This document shows, piece by piece, positions 33,438-40,983 of a stretch of 46,677 nt of DNA; position 1 is the stretch's first letter, and each line of letters begins with the position of its first letter. A program made the position numbers and the translations under genes. The notes beneath the pieces were generated by a model. The model had not been told where the DNA came from, did no database searches, and worked only from the letters and a program-made list of their open reading frames with translations. Source of the DNA: an uncultured Candidatus Saccharibacteria bacterium (lineage in GTDB: Bacteria > Patescibacteriota > Minisyncoccia > Phycocordibacterales > JACOZG01); NCBI GenBank assembly GCA_964361825.1, contig CAYICB010000006.1, positions 1-46,677 of the forward strand. The letters run 5' to 3'.

Positions 33438-34676
33438 TTACTTCATTTGAAGCAAAACTTCAACCGCTTTGGCTTGTTGAGCATCCTTCTCGCCCCGCTT
33501 ATCACCTTCGGCTGGTTCTACCACAATCTCTGGTTCTAAGCCGCCACTCGATAAAGAATGACCTTTGGGGGTGAGCCAGCGGGCAATGGTAATTTTGATC
33601 GACGAGTCTTCCGTTACTGGCACCAACTCTTGCACTGATCCTTTGCCAAAAGTTTTTTTGCCAACCATGGTGGCTTTACCGTGTTCGGCTAAAGCTCCGG
33701 CCAAAATTTCTGAAGCGGAAGCACTGCCGCCGTCTACTAAAATCACCATTCTTGGATCATTTTTGAAAGCTTTATAACCTTTACTTTTGTAGACCCTAGT
33801 TTCGGAATCTAGTCCGTGGTCTTCGGTCACTACCACCTCCCCTTCTGGCAAAAACCAGCTGGCAATATCGACGGCTGATTCTAAGTAACCACCCGGATTA
33901 CCCCGCAAGTCGAGCAATAATCGTTGTTTTTTGCTTTCGGCAAACTCCTTCAACGCTTTGCGGAAGAGGCCAGAGGCGGTGGCGCCAAAGTTATACAGGC
34001 GAATGACGAAAACATCTTCGGTTAGAGCTTCGGTTTTGATGGTGGGGACCTGAATGGTGTCGCGAATTAGTTTAAATTCTAGCGTTTTTCCGGCGCCGTT
34101 TCTCCCCATGGTGAGGGTCACGGCGGTGCCAATTTCACCTCGGATTAAACTAATCGCGCGCTCAAGGGGCAGGTCTTTGGTTGGAGTGTCATTGATTTTT
34201 AGGATTCGATCTTTGGGGAGAACCCCGGCTTTCTGGGCTGGCGAGTCTTCTAGTGGGGCAATTACGGTGGGCACGCCGTCAACCAAATCAACCTCAATCC
34301 CCACACCGCCAAAATTGCCCCGGATTTCTTCTTCAAACATCTTTTTCTCCGCTGGGGGGAAGAAGACCGAGTAGGGGTCGCCCAGTGATTCTACTAAGCC
34401 ACCAATTGCGCCGTAGACCATTTTGTCACTCCCCACCTTTTCGGTGGTGGTGCCGGTGGTGACCACATATTTCTCGTCAATCACATTCCACGCTTTCCAA
34501 AATGGCTCGAAATCAACCTCCGTGCGTTCGGGCGGTGTTTCTTTATTGGTAACATTAACGATTTTTTCTACGGCGGGACGATTTTCATAACCCAAATAAA
34601 CCCCAGCCACAAAGCCGGTGCCTACCAATATTGCGGCGCCGAGAAGGAAAAAGGATAATCTCAGAAATTTTTTCAT
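33438..34676 (-). CDS. S41 family carboxyl-terminal processing protease
   Basis: Start at MKKFLRLSFFLLGAAI. PDZ segment (SPAQKAGVLPKDRILKIND). LDLRGNPGGYL, GGSASASEI and GKKTFGKGSVQ catalytic motifs. Confidence 0.88.
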   Translation of the reverse strand: MKKFLRLSFFLLGAAILVGTGFVAGVYLGYENRPAVEKIVNVTNKETPPERTEVDFEPFWKAWNVIDEKYVVTTGTTTEKVGSDKMVYGAIGGLVESLGDPYSVFFPPAEKKMFEEEIRGNFGGVGIEVDLVDGVPTVIAPLEDSPAQKAGVLPKDRILKINDTPTKDLPLERAISLIRGEIGTAVTLTMGRNGAGKTLEFKLIRDTIQVPTIKTEALTEDVFVIRLYNFGATASGLFRKALKEFAESKKQRLLLDLRGNPGGYLESAVDIASWFLPEGEVVVTEDHGLDSETRVYKSKGYKAFKNDPRMVILVDGGSASASEILAGALAEHGKATMVGKKTFGKGSVQELVPVTEDSSIKITIARWLTPKGHSLSSGGLEPEIVVEPAEGDKRGEKDAQQAKAVEVLLQMK

Positions 34677-34688
34677 CGAATGTGTTGA

Positions 34689-34749
34689 ATTATCGCAAAC
34701 CCTCAAACTACGGTCAAACATTTGACCCCGAAAGGTGGCTTGGTATGAT
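34689..34749. promoter_or_regulatory. divergent promoters whose -35 boxes form the palindrome GGTCAAA-CA-TTTGACC
   Basis: Minus: TTGACC-N17-GATAAT, 12 nt before ATG 34676. Plus: TTGACC-N16-TATGAT, 10 nt before ATG 34760. Confidence 0.6.
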
Positions 34750-34759
34750 TATTAGCAAT

Positions 34760-34969
34760 ATGGTGCCCAAGATAACCAAAAAACTTGATTCTAAGAACCC
34801 CGACCACCTAATGGCCGTGATTGAGGAGTTTAGAGACGAGATCCGAGTGGTGAACGAGATTAATCAGAAAGTGGATAAATTATCTTTAGATCTCAAAGAA
34901 TTTAAGCAAGAGACCGAAGTCAATTTTAAAGCCATTCATCATTATTTATTCCATGCTCCGGAAATTTAA
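34760..34969 (+). CDS. small coiled-coil protein, family member 2
   Basis: 69 aa from MVPKITKK. DHLMAVIEEFRDEIRVVNEINQKVD is close to 40229's NHLMAIIEDFHDKVQVMNEVNQTMG. Overlaps corA by 17 nt. Confidence 0.55.
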   Translation: MVPKITKKLDSKNPDHLMAVIEEFRDEIRVVNEINQKVDKLSLDLKEFKQETEVNFKAIHHYLFHAPEI

Positions 34970-35888
34970 ATATCAGGATATTACCTGGATTGATCTTGAG
35001 GCTCCCACCAAGGAGGAGATTGAGGTTTTGGCTAAAGACTTTAACCTCCACGCCTTGGTGGCCGGTGAATTGCGCTCCCCTTCAGCGCGCTCTAAGGTGG
35101 ATGTGTACCAAGATTATTTTTACCTCATTCTCCATTTTCCCCTTTGCCAAATTTGCCGTGTGCCCGGGGTGGCGGATCAGCAAGATTATGGCACGCAAGA
35201 GGTTGATTTTGTGATTGGGCACAACTTCCTGATCACCACTCATTATGAGGCCATCGATCCTCTTCATGAGTTATCGAAGATTTTCGAACTCGAAGCCACT
35301 TGGGAACGGTCGAAGAATGGTAAAATCCATCCGGGAATTATCTTTTTCAAAATTTTGAAGGAACTTTATCGCTCGCTCGAAACAGGGCTAGATTATATCA
35401 ATGACCGCCTGAAGAAAGCCGAAGGGCGTATTTTTTCTGGTGAAGAAAAGCCGATGGTTAAGGTACTCTCCGAGATTAATCGCGATTTGCTCGATTGTCG
35501 CTGGGCGCTTAAATCACATCGCGAGGTGCTTGGCTCACTGGAGCTCTCGGGCGAAGAGTTTTTTGGCGAAAAGTTCCGTTACTACCTTAGATCGATTCTC
35601 GGCCAATATGAGAAAATTTGGCAGATGATTGAAAGCAATCGCGAGACCTTCCAAGACTTACGCGAGACCAATGAGTCGCTTCTTTCCATTAAGACTAATG
35701 AGACAATGAAGACCTTGACTGTGGTGGCCTTCATCTTCTTCCCGCTCACTTTGATTGGTCAAATTTTCGGGATGAATACTCACCTGCCTTTTGTGGGCGG
35801 GCCGTACGATTTCTATATTGTCGTTGTGATTATGATTGCGGTGCTGGCCGTGATGTGGCAGATTGCGAAAAATAAGCGGTGGCTCTAA
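34953..35888 (+). CDS. corA: magnesium/cobalt transporter CorA
   Basis: Two C-terminal TM helices with IFGMNT (GMN motif). Confidence 0.9.
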   Translation: MLRKFKYQDITWIDLEAPTKEEIEVLAKDFNLHALVAGELRSPSARSKVDVYQDYFYLILHFPLCQICRVPGVADQQDYGTQEVDFVIGHNFLITTHYEAIDPLHELSKIFELEATWERSKNGKIHPGIIFFKILKELYRSLETGLDYINDRLKKAEGRIFSGEEKPMVKVLSEINRDLLDCRWALKSHREVLGSLELSGEEFFGEKFRYYLRSILGQYEKIWQMIESNRETFQDLRETNESLLSIKTNETMKTLTVVAFIFFPLTLIGQIFGMNTHLPFVGGPYDFYIVVVIMIAVLAVMWQIAKNKRWL

Positions 35889-37273
35889 AACTCTACAATA
35901 CTCTCTCGCGGGCAGAAGAGGTCTTTATGCCCCGGCAAGGTCTCTCCTTAAATGAACCCCAAGGAGAGTCCTTGCCGGTCACCGTTTACGCTTGCGGCCC
36001 GACTGTCTACGCACCCGTTCACCTTGGTAATTGGCGAACTTTTATTTTAGCCGATTGGCTCACGCGTACCCTTACCTACTTGGGTTATGAAGTTAAGCTG
36101 GTGATGAACATCACCGACGTGGATGATAAAACGATCAGTGGGGCTAGTGGGGCTAGGGTCCCACTAGCCGAGTTCACCAAAAAATATGAACAGCTTTTTA
36201 TCGCTGATCGCGAAGCGTTAAACATTCTCCCGCCGGCCGCCTCGCCTCATGCGACCGAATTTGTGCCCGCGATGATCGAGCTTATTGAGATTTTGATGGC
36301 CAAAGGTTTGGCTTATCGAGCAGAAGATGGAGTTTATTTTTTGATTAATAAGAGCGAGAATTATGGAAAATTGGCCGGAAATTTTGACCCCGAAGGTGAT
36401 TTTGTTTTGTGGAAGTTTTGGAAAGAAGAAGATGGTGATGTTGCTTGGGACTCCCCTTTTGGGCGAGGCCGACCCGGCTGGCACTTAGAGTGCTCGGCGA
36501 TGATTAAAGAAACTTTGGGCGAAACGATTGATATTCATCTCGGCGGCTCGGATCTTATTTTTCCTCATCACACCAATGAAATTGCGCAGTCGGAAGGCGC
36601 AAATGGCGCACCGTTGGCCAAATTCTGGCTCCACGGTGGTTTTCTCAACATTGCTGAAGAGAAGATGAGTAAGTCACTTGGTAATATTTTTACTTTGGCC
36701 GATTTGAAGGCAAGGGTCGCCCTTGACTCAAGGGCGACCCTTGCCCCGCTTTCTTATCGGTACTTTTTATTAAGCACCCATTATCGCAAAATCGCCAACT
36801 TCACTTGGGAAGCGCTCGAAGGCGCCCAGACGGCGTATCAGAAATTGTTAAATACCGTAGCCGACTGGCAAGGACTCTCCTTAAATGAACCCCAAGGAGA
36901 GTCCTTGCCGGTGGCTGATGAAACACCACGAGGGTTCCCCTCGTGGGACGAGCGCTTTAGGAATTGTTTAGAAGCTGATCTTAATTTCCCCCAAGCGCTC
37001 GCGCTGGTGTGGGAACTCGTCAAAGATGAAGGAATTGCGCCGGGCGAAAAGCTCGCGACCTTACTCAAATGGGACGAAGTGCTCGGCCTTAACCTCGCCG
37101 CCGCGACAAAAACCGAACCAATTCCCGAAAATGTCCAAAAACTAATCGCCGAACGCGAACTCGCTCGCCAATCCGCCAACTTCCCCCGCGCCGACGAACT
37201 TCGTGATAAAATTGCTAAGCTGGGCTTCATGGTTGAAGACAAAACTGATGGACCAAGGGTGAGGAAAGCTTAG
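35879..37273 (+). CDS. cysS: cysteine--tRNA ligase carrying three in-frame palindromic insertions
   Basis: GTG start overlapping the corA stop. CGPTVYAPVHLGNWRT (HIGH-like), KMSKSLGN, RYFLLSTHYRK. Confidence 0.92.
   Translation: MALKLYNTLSRAEEVFMPRQGLSLNEPQGESLPVTVYACGPTVYAPVHLGNWRTFILADWLTRTLTYLGYEVKLVMNITDVDDKTISGASGARVPLAEFTKKYEQLFIADREALNILPPAASPHATEFVPAMIELIEILMAKGLAYRAEDGVYFLINKSENYGKLAGNFDPEGDFVLWKFWKEEDGDVAWDSPFGRGRPGWHLECSAMIKETLGETIDIHLGGSDLIFPHHTNEIAQSEGANGAPLAKFWLHGGFLNIAEEKMSKSLGNIFTLADLKARVALDSRATLAPLSYRYFLLSTHYRKIANFTWEALEGAQTAYQKLLNTVADWQGLSLNEPQGESLPVADETPRGFPSWDERFRNCLEADLNFPQALALVWELVKDEGIAPGEKLATLLKWDEVLGLNLAAATKTEPIPENVQKLIAERELARQSANFPRADELRDKIAKLGFMVEDKTDGPRVRKA
35934..35979. 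repeat. 46-nt hairpin element, copy 1 (in frame, encodes QGLSLNEPQGESLPV)
   Basis: GGCAAGGTCTCTCCTT-AAATGAACCCC-AAGGAGAGTCCTTGCCGGT. 45/46 identical to 36867-36912. Confidence 0.9.
36709..36745. repeat. perfect 18+1+18 palindrome (in frame, encodes ARVALDSRATLAP)
   Basis: GGCAAGGGTCGCCCTTGA-C-TCAAGGGCGACCCTTGCC. Confidence 0.9.
36867..36912. repeat. 46-nt hairpin element, copy 2 (same codon phase)
   Basis: GGCAAGGACTCTCCTT-AAATGAACCCC-AAGGAGAGTCCTTGCCGGT with perfect 16-bp arms. Confidence 0.9.
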
Positions 37274-37300
37274 GCCTACGGCACAAAGTTACTTTAGAAT

Positions 37301-37492
37301 CTAACTATCCAGATCAATATTTGGAGCTTTTCCCTTGTCGACTAAAAGAAGTTCCCATTTAGCAGTATGTTCATCCCAAATATACACATTGTTGTCATCA
37401 CCCAACCCTAAAACATTATCGGTGCTATCGGTGATTATGTTTTTTATTTTCATGTTTTTCTTTAATTTATTATTTTCCCTATAACCAATCAA
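37301..37492 (-). CDS. hypothetical small protein (weak call)
   Basis: 63-aa ORF, TTG start 11 nt after a minus-strand TTGCCA-N17-TATAAT. Alternative ATG at 37453. No family recognised. Confidence 0.3.
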   Translation of the reverse strand: MIGYRENNKLKKNMKIKNIITDSTDNVLGLGDDNNVYIWDEHTAKWELLLVDKGKAPNIDLDS

Positions 37493-37568
37493 TTTTTGTG
37501 GTGATTATATCTTTTTTGTACCAACTTGGCAACTTTAATTTTATCCACTTTTAATCCCCTGTTGGGGC

Positions 37569-37599
37569 TTGAACTGATTTTTGGTGGGCGTGGTAAAAT
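37569..37599 (+). promoter_or_regulatory. dnaB promoter TTGAAC-N19-TGgTAAAAT, 6 nt before the ATG
   Basis: Read directly. No SD. Confidence 0.55.
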
Positions 37600-37605
37600 C
37601 CGAGC

Positions 37606-38967
37606 ATGATTGAGCTGAAAGAAGCCCCATTTCTCACTGGCGTGCGCTTGCCGCCGCAGAATCTCGAGGCCGAGAGAGCCTTGCTGGGCTCGATTCTCAT
37701 CCGCCCCGGCGCGATGCAAGATGTTCTTGATATCATTAAGGCGACGGACTTCTATGTGGATCGCCACAAGCTCATTTATGAGGCCATGCTCCGCCTCGCT
37801 ACCGATAGTAACCCGATTGATATGGTGTCGGTGACGGCCGAGCTCAAGGCCAAGAAGGCGCTCGAGCGCGCTGGTGGTTCGAGTTACTTGGCCGAGCTTG
37901 CGAGCGTGGTCCCTTCGGCCGCGAATCTCAAGTATTATGCCGAGCTGGTGCGCAAGAAGTCGGCCTTGCGTAACTTAATCGCCGCCGCGGATCATATTGG
38001 CAGTCTGGGTTACGAGGAACATGAAGAAATTGATTCGATCTTCGACCGTGCCGAGAAAGCGATTTTTAATCTCGTTGATTTCTCGAAAAAGAGTTTTATT
38101 AGTCTGAAAGAGGGTTTGGCCGAAGCCTGGGAGCGCTTCGAGAATTTGCATAAAAATAAAGATGGTTTGCGTGGCGTGCCGACAGGTTTTAAGGATCTGG
38201 ACAATCATCTCTCGGGTTTGCAAAAGTCTGATCTCGTGATCTTGGCCGCGCGGCCCTCAATGGGTAAGACCTCGCTCGCGCTAGATATTGCGCGCCATGT
38301 GGCTTGCCGCGAGAATATTCCCGTCGGCATCTTCTCGCTCGAAATGAGCTCGCAACAGCTGGTGGATCGCCTTATTGCTGCCGAGAGTAAGGTGGACTCG
38401 TGGAAGCTCCGCACGGGGCGGCTCTCGGCGGATGAAGAATTTGCGAGGATTCGCGACACCCTCGACTCGCTCTCTAAGGCGCCGCTTTTTATCGACGATG
38501 ATTCGTCAAATAATATTCTCAAAATGAAGTCGGTAGCGCGACGCTTAAAGAGTGAGAACGGTTTGGGTCTGATTATTGTGGACTACTTGCAACTGATGGT
38601 GCCGCGCAAGGATTCTGATTCTTTGGTCCAACAAGTGACGGAAATTTCGCGCTCCTTAAAGGGTCTCGCGCGCGAGCTCGAAGTGCCGGTGCTCGCGCTC
38701 TCCCAGCTCAATCGCAGTGTGGAGCAACGCGGCGGTCGGCCTCGCCTCTCGGATTTGCGCGACTCTGGTTCCATCGAGCAAGACGCCGATGTGGTGATGT
38801 TTATTCATCGCGAAGATAAATATAATGAAGAGAGCGATCGCAAAAATATTGCGGAGATTCTCATCGAGAAGCATCGCAATGGCCCCACGGGCAAAGTGGA
38901 GCTCTTCTTCGACGAGAAGCGGGTGTCCTTCACCAATCTCGAGAAGCAAGACTTTGGCGGATTCTAA
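37606..38967 (+). CDS. dnaB: replicative DNA helicase
   Basis: PPQNLEAERALLGSIL N-terminus, Walker A ARPSMGKTS, IIVDYLQLM, SQLNR and DSGSIEQDAD. Confidence 0.95.
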   Translation: MIELKEAPFLTGVRLPPQNLEAERALLGSILIRPGAMQDVLDIIKATDFYVDRHKLIYEAMLRLATDSNPIDMVSVTAELKAKKALERAGGSSYLAELASVVPSAANLKYYAELVRKKSALRNLIAAADHIGSLGYEEHEEIDSIFDRAEKAIFNLVDFSKKSFISLKEGLAEAWERFENLHKNKDGLRGVPTGFKDLDNHLSGLQKSDLVILAARPSMGKTSLALDIARHVACRENIPVGIFSLEMSSQQLVDRLIAAESKVDSWKLRTGRLSADEEFARIRDTLDSLSKAPLFIDDDSSNNILKMKSVARRLKSENGLGLIIVDYLQLMVPRKDSDSLVQQVTEISRSLKGLARELEVPVLALSQLNRSVEQRGGRPRLSDLRDSGSIEQDADVVMFIHREDKYNEESDRKNIAEILIEKHRNGPTGKVELFFDEKRVSFTNLEKQDFGGF

Positions 38968-38987
38968 AAATTTGGTAGATTGTTAGG

Positions 38988-39608
38988 GTGAATCAACTGA
39001 TTGATCGCCTAGTAGAGAGCTTTCGTCAATTCCCGGGCATTGGACCGCGGCAGGCGCGGCGGTTTGTCTATTTTCTCCTCGGCGAGGGTGATGGCTATAT
39101 CACTCGCCTCTCAAGCGAGCTCTTGGCGCTGAAAGATAAGATTAATAGATGTACTGATTGTGGTAGGTTTTTTGCCCTTAATGGCGGCAAGACCGAGCAA
39201 TGTACTATTTGTAGCGATACCAATAGAAACCGCGAGCTCTTGATGGTGGTCGAGAAAGATATTGATCTCGAAGCGGTGCGTAAGGCCGGGATTTACGACG
39301 GCCACTTCTTTGTGCTTGGTGGCAATATTCCAATTCTCGAAAAAAATCCGGAAGAAAAAGTGAGAATAAAAGAATTAAAAACTCGCCTCGCAAAAGGTGA
39401 AATAAAAGAACTCATTCTCGCTCTTAGCGCTACCACCGAAGGCGATTACACCGCCGAGTATCTCAAAAAAGCGTTACTACCTCCACCCACTGGCGGCGCC
39501 TCCCCCGCTCTCAAAATTTCTACCCTCGGCCGCGGTCTCTCCACCGGCACCGAACTCGAATATTCTGACACCGATACGCTCAAAAGCGCACTGAAGAATC
39601 GAGGCTAG
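38988..39608 (+). CDS. recR: recombination protein RecR
   Basis: FPGIGPRQARRF HhH, C4 zinc finger CTDCG...CTICSD, Toprim region. GTG start 6 nt after TGgTAGATT. Confidence 0.9.
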   Translation: MNQLIDRLVESFRQFPGIGPRQARRFVYFLLGEGDGYITRLSSELLALKDKINRCTDCGRFFALNGGKTEQCTICSDTNRNRELLMVVEKDIDLEAVRKAGIYDGHFFVLGGNIPILEKNPEEKVRIKELKTRLAKGEIKELILALSATTEGDYTAEYLKKALLPPPTGGASPALKISTLGRGLSTGTELEYSDTDTLKSALKNRG

Positions 39609-39696
39609 TGTTTTGACACGAAACGAAATTTACGATAGTTATAGTTTGATGTAGTTAGGTCTTTGATGAACTTGATCCTTACAAAGGAGGTGCTTT

Positions 39697-40107
39697 GTGT
39701 CACTGTTTGCTGATCAGTTGAGAGCTCTTGTTGATGCCACGGGATTGTTTAATCGGAAGGAGTGGGCCGAAGTTCTTTCTGTAGACGAGATGGACATTGA
39801 ATCGTGGTTAAACGACAAATCAATTCCGAAAGACGAAACCCTGCGAATGATGCTCGGTATTTTGCGTGAAAGCGACGGTGTTCCAGAAAAAGTTCTTAGC
39901 AACTTCGATGTTTTTTGTTTTTGTCCAGCGGCCGAGGTTAGTTCCCATTCGAAAGAACTTGGCCGAAGCGTTGGGGATTACTTGGTAGAGCCATTGTTTC
40001 GTGGTTTCAAACGGCGTTACAATCAACTGCCCCCCAATCTGAAAGAAGCGGTGTTGAGAAGGGCGTGTGATTACATTGGGCAACTTAAGGCCGATAATAA
40101 GACCTGA
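39697..40107 (+). CDS. hypothetical protein with N-terminal HTH-like (XRE-type) segment
   Basis: GTG start 6 nt after AAGGAGG. LRALVDATGLFNRKEWAEVLSVDEMDIESWLNDKSIP resembles an XRE HTH. Promoter TTGACA-N17-TAGTTA at 39613-39641. Confidence 0.5.
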   Translation: MSLFADQLRALVDATGLFNRKEWAEVLSVDEMDIESWLNDKSIPKDETLRMMLGILRESDGVPEKVLSNFDVFCFCPAAEVSSHSKELGRSVGDYLVEPLFRGFKRRYNQLPPNLKEAVLRRACDYIGQLKADNKT

Positions 40108-40165
40108 TGTTGTGAAGAGTCAATAAGGCCCGGCGCGCAGGGATGCGTAGTCGGGCTTTTATTTT

Positions 40166-40186
40166 GTTGAACATCCGATGTCAAAC
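40166..40186. promoter_or_regulatory. 21-nt motif GTTGAACATCCGATGTCAAAC with palindrome ACATC-C-GATGT
   Basis: Directly upstream of the -35 at 40190. 17/21 identical to 42625-42645. Confidence 0.5.
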
Positions 40187-40189
40187 AAT

Positions 40190-40217
40190 TTGACCACCAA
40201 GTGGGGGCTGGTATGAT
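40190..40217 (+). promoter_or_regulatory. promoter TTGACC-N16-TATGAT, 11 nt before ATG 40229
   Basis: Same hexamers and spacing as 34722-34749. The -35 is embedded in GTCAAA-CAA-TTTGAC. Confidence 0.6.
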
Positions 40218-40228
40218 TATGGGTAAAT

Positions 40229-40597
40229 ATGGCGACCAGCAAACCTAAGAAAACAGATTTTAGTAAAGCGGACCCCAATCATCTCATGGCGATTATTGAG
40301 GATTTTCACGATAAGGTGCAGGTGATGAATGAAGTAAATCAGACCATGGGTAAGGTGGTTGCTAGGTTAGACTCTTTGGAGGATAAGACTGAAAAGATAA
40401 TTGAAGAGCAGAAAATAACCAACGCTAGATTGGGTAATGTGGAAGACAGGATAGATAAGTTAGAAACCAGTTTTGACGACTTGTCGCATGAAATGAAAAG
40501 CAACTTTGAAACCGTCTTTCTTTTTCTCTCAAAAGCTGACCCGGCAGAACTTCAAGAGCGCGTGGTGAAAATTGAGAAGAAGCTGGAGATGCGTTAG
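40229..40597 (+). CDS. small coiled-coil protein, family member 3 (expanded)
   Basis: 122 aa, heptad-rich. N-terminus KPKKTDFSKADPNHLMAIIEDFHDKVQVMNEVNQ and SNFETVFLFL parallel the 34760 ORF. Confidence 0.6.
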   Translation: MATSKPKKTDFSKADPNHLMAIIEDFHDKVQVMNEVNQTMGKVVARLDSLEDKTEKIIEEQKITNARLGNVEDRIDKLETSFDDLSHEMKSNFETVFLFLSKADPAELQERVVKIEKKLEMR

Positions 40598-40607
40598 ATC
40601 TTACGGT

Positions 40608-40928
40608 TTACCCCTTAATCCCCGTGATTTTGACCTCGGTGTAGGGTTGGCGGTGGCCGGCCTTTTTGCGGTGGCGAACTTTGGCCTTGTAGTGGATGAC
40701 GGTGATCTTGTCGTGACGATCATCCTTGACGATCTCGGCGGTTACGGTGGCACCAGCGACGGTCGGGTTGCCCACTTTTACCTCACCAGCATCGCTCATG
40801 AGTAAGACCTCGTTGAAGGTCGTCAAATTCCCCCGTCGGCTCTCATTGGGCAAGGTTTCTACTTGGAGCTTGTCGCCCTCCTTCACGAGATATTGCTTCC
40901 CGCCCGTCTTAATTACCGCCATTTTCAT
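40608..40928 (-). CDS. rplU: 50S ribosomal protein L21
   Basis: MAVIKTGGKQYLVKEGDKL...HRKKAGHRQPYT. Confidence 0.93.
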   Translation of the reverse strand: MKMAVIKTGGKQYLVKEGDKLQVETLPNESRRGNLTTFNEVLLMSDAGEVKVGNPTVAGATVTAEIVKDDRHDKITVIHYKAKVRHRKKAGHRQPYTEVKITGIKG

Positions 40929-40935
40929 GGCCGTA

Positions 40936-40977
40936 ATCCTAGCCTAAATTGGTCATAAATGCAAGTTCTGCTACAAT
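40936..40977. promoter_or_regulatory. interleaved divergent promoters of rplU and the dehydrogenase gene
   Basis: Plus: TTGGTC(40949)-N17-TGcTACAAT(40972), 6 nt before ATG 40984. Minus: TTGCAT (complement of 40959-40964)-N17-TAGGAT (complement of 40936-40941), 7 nt before ATG 40928. Confidence 0.6.
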
Positions 40978-40983
40978 CCCCGC

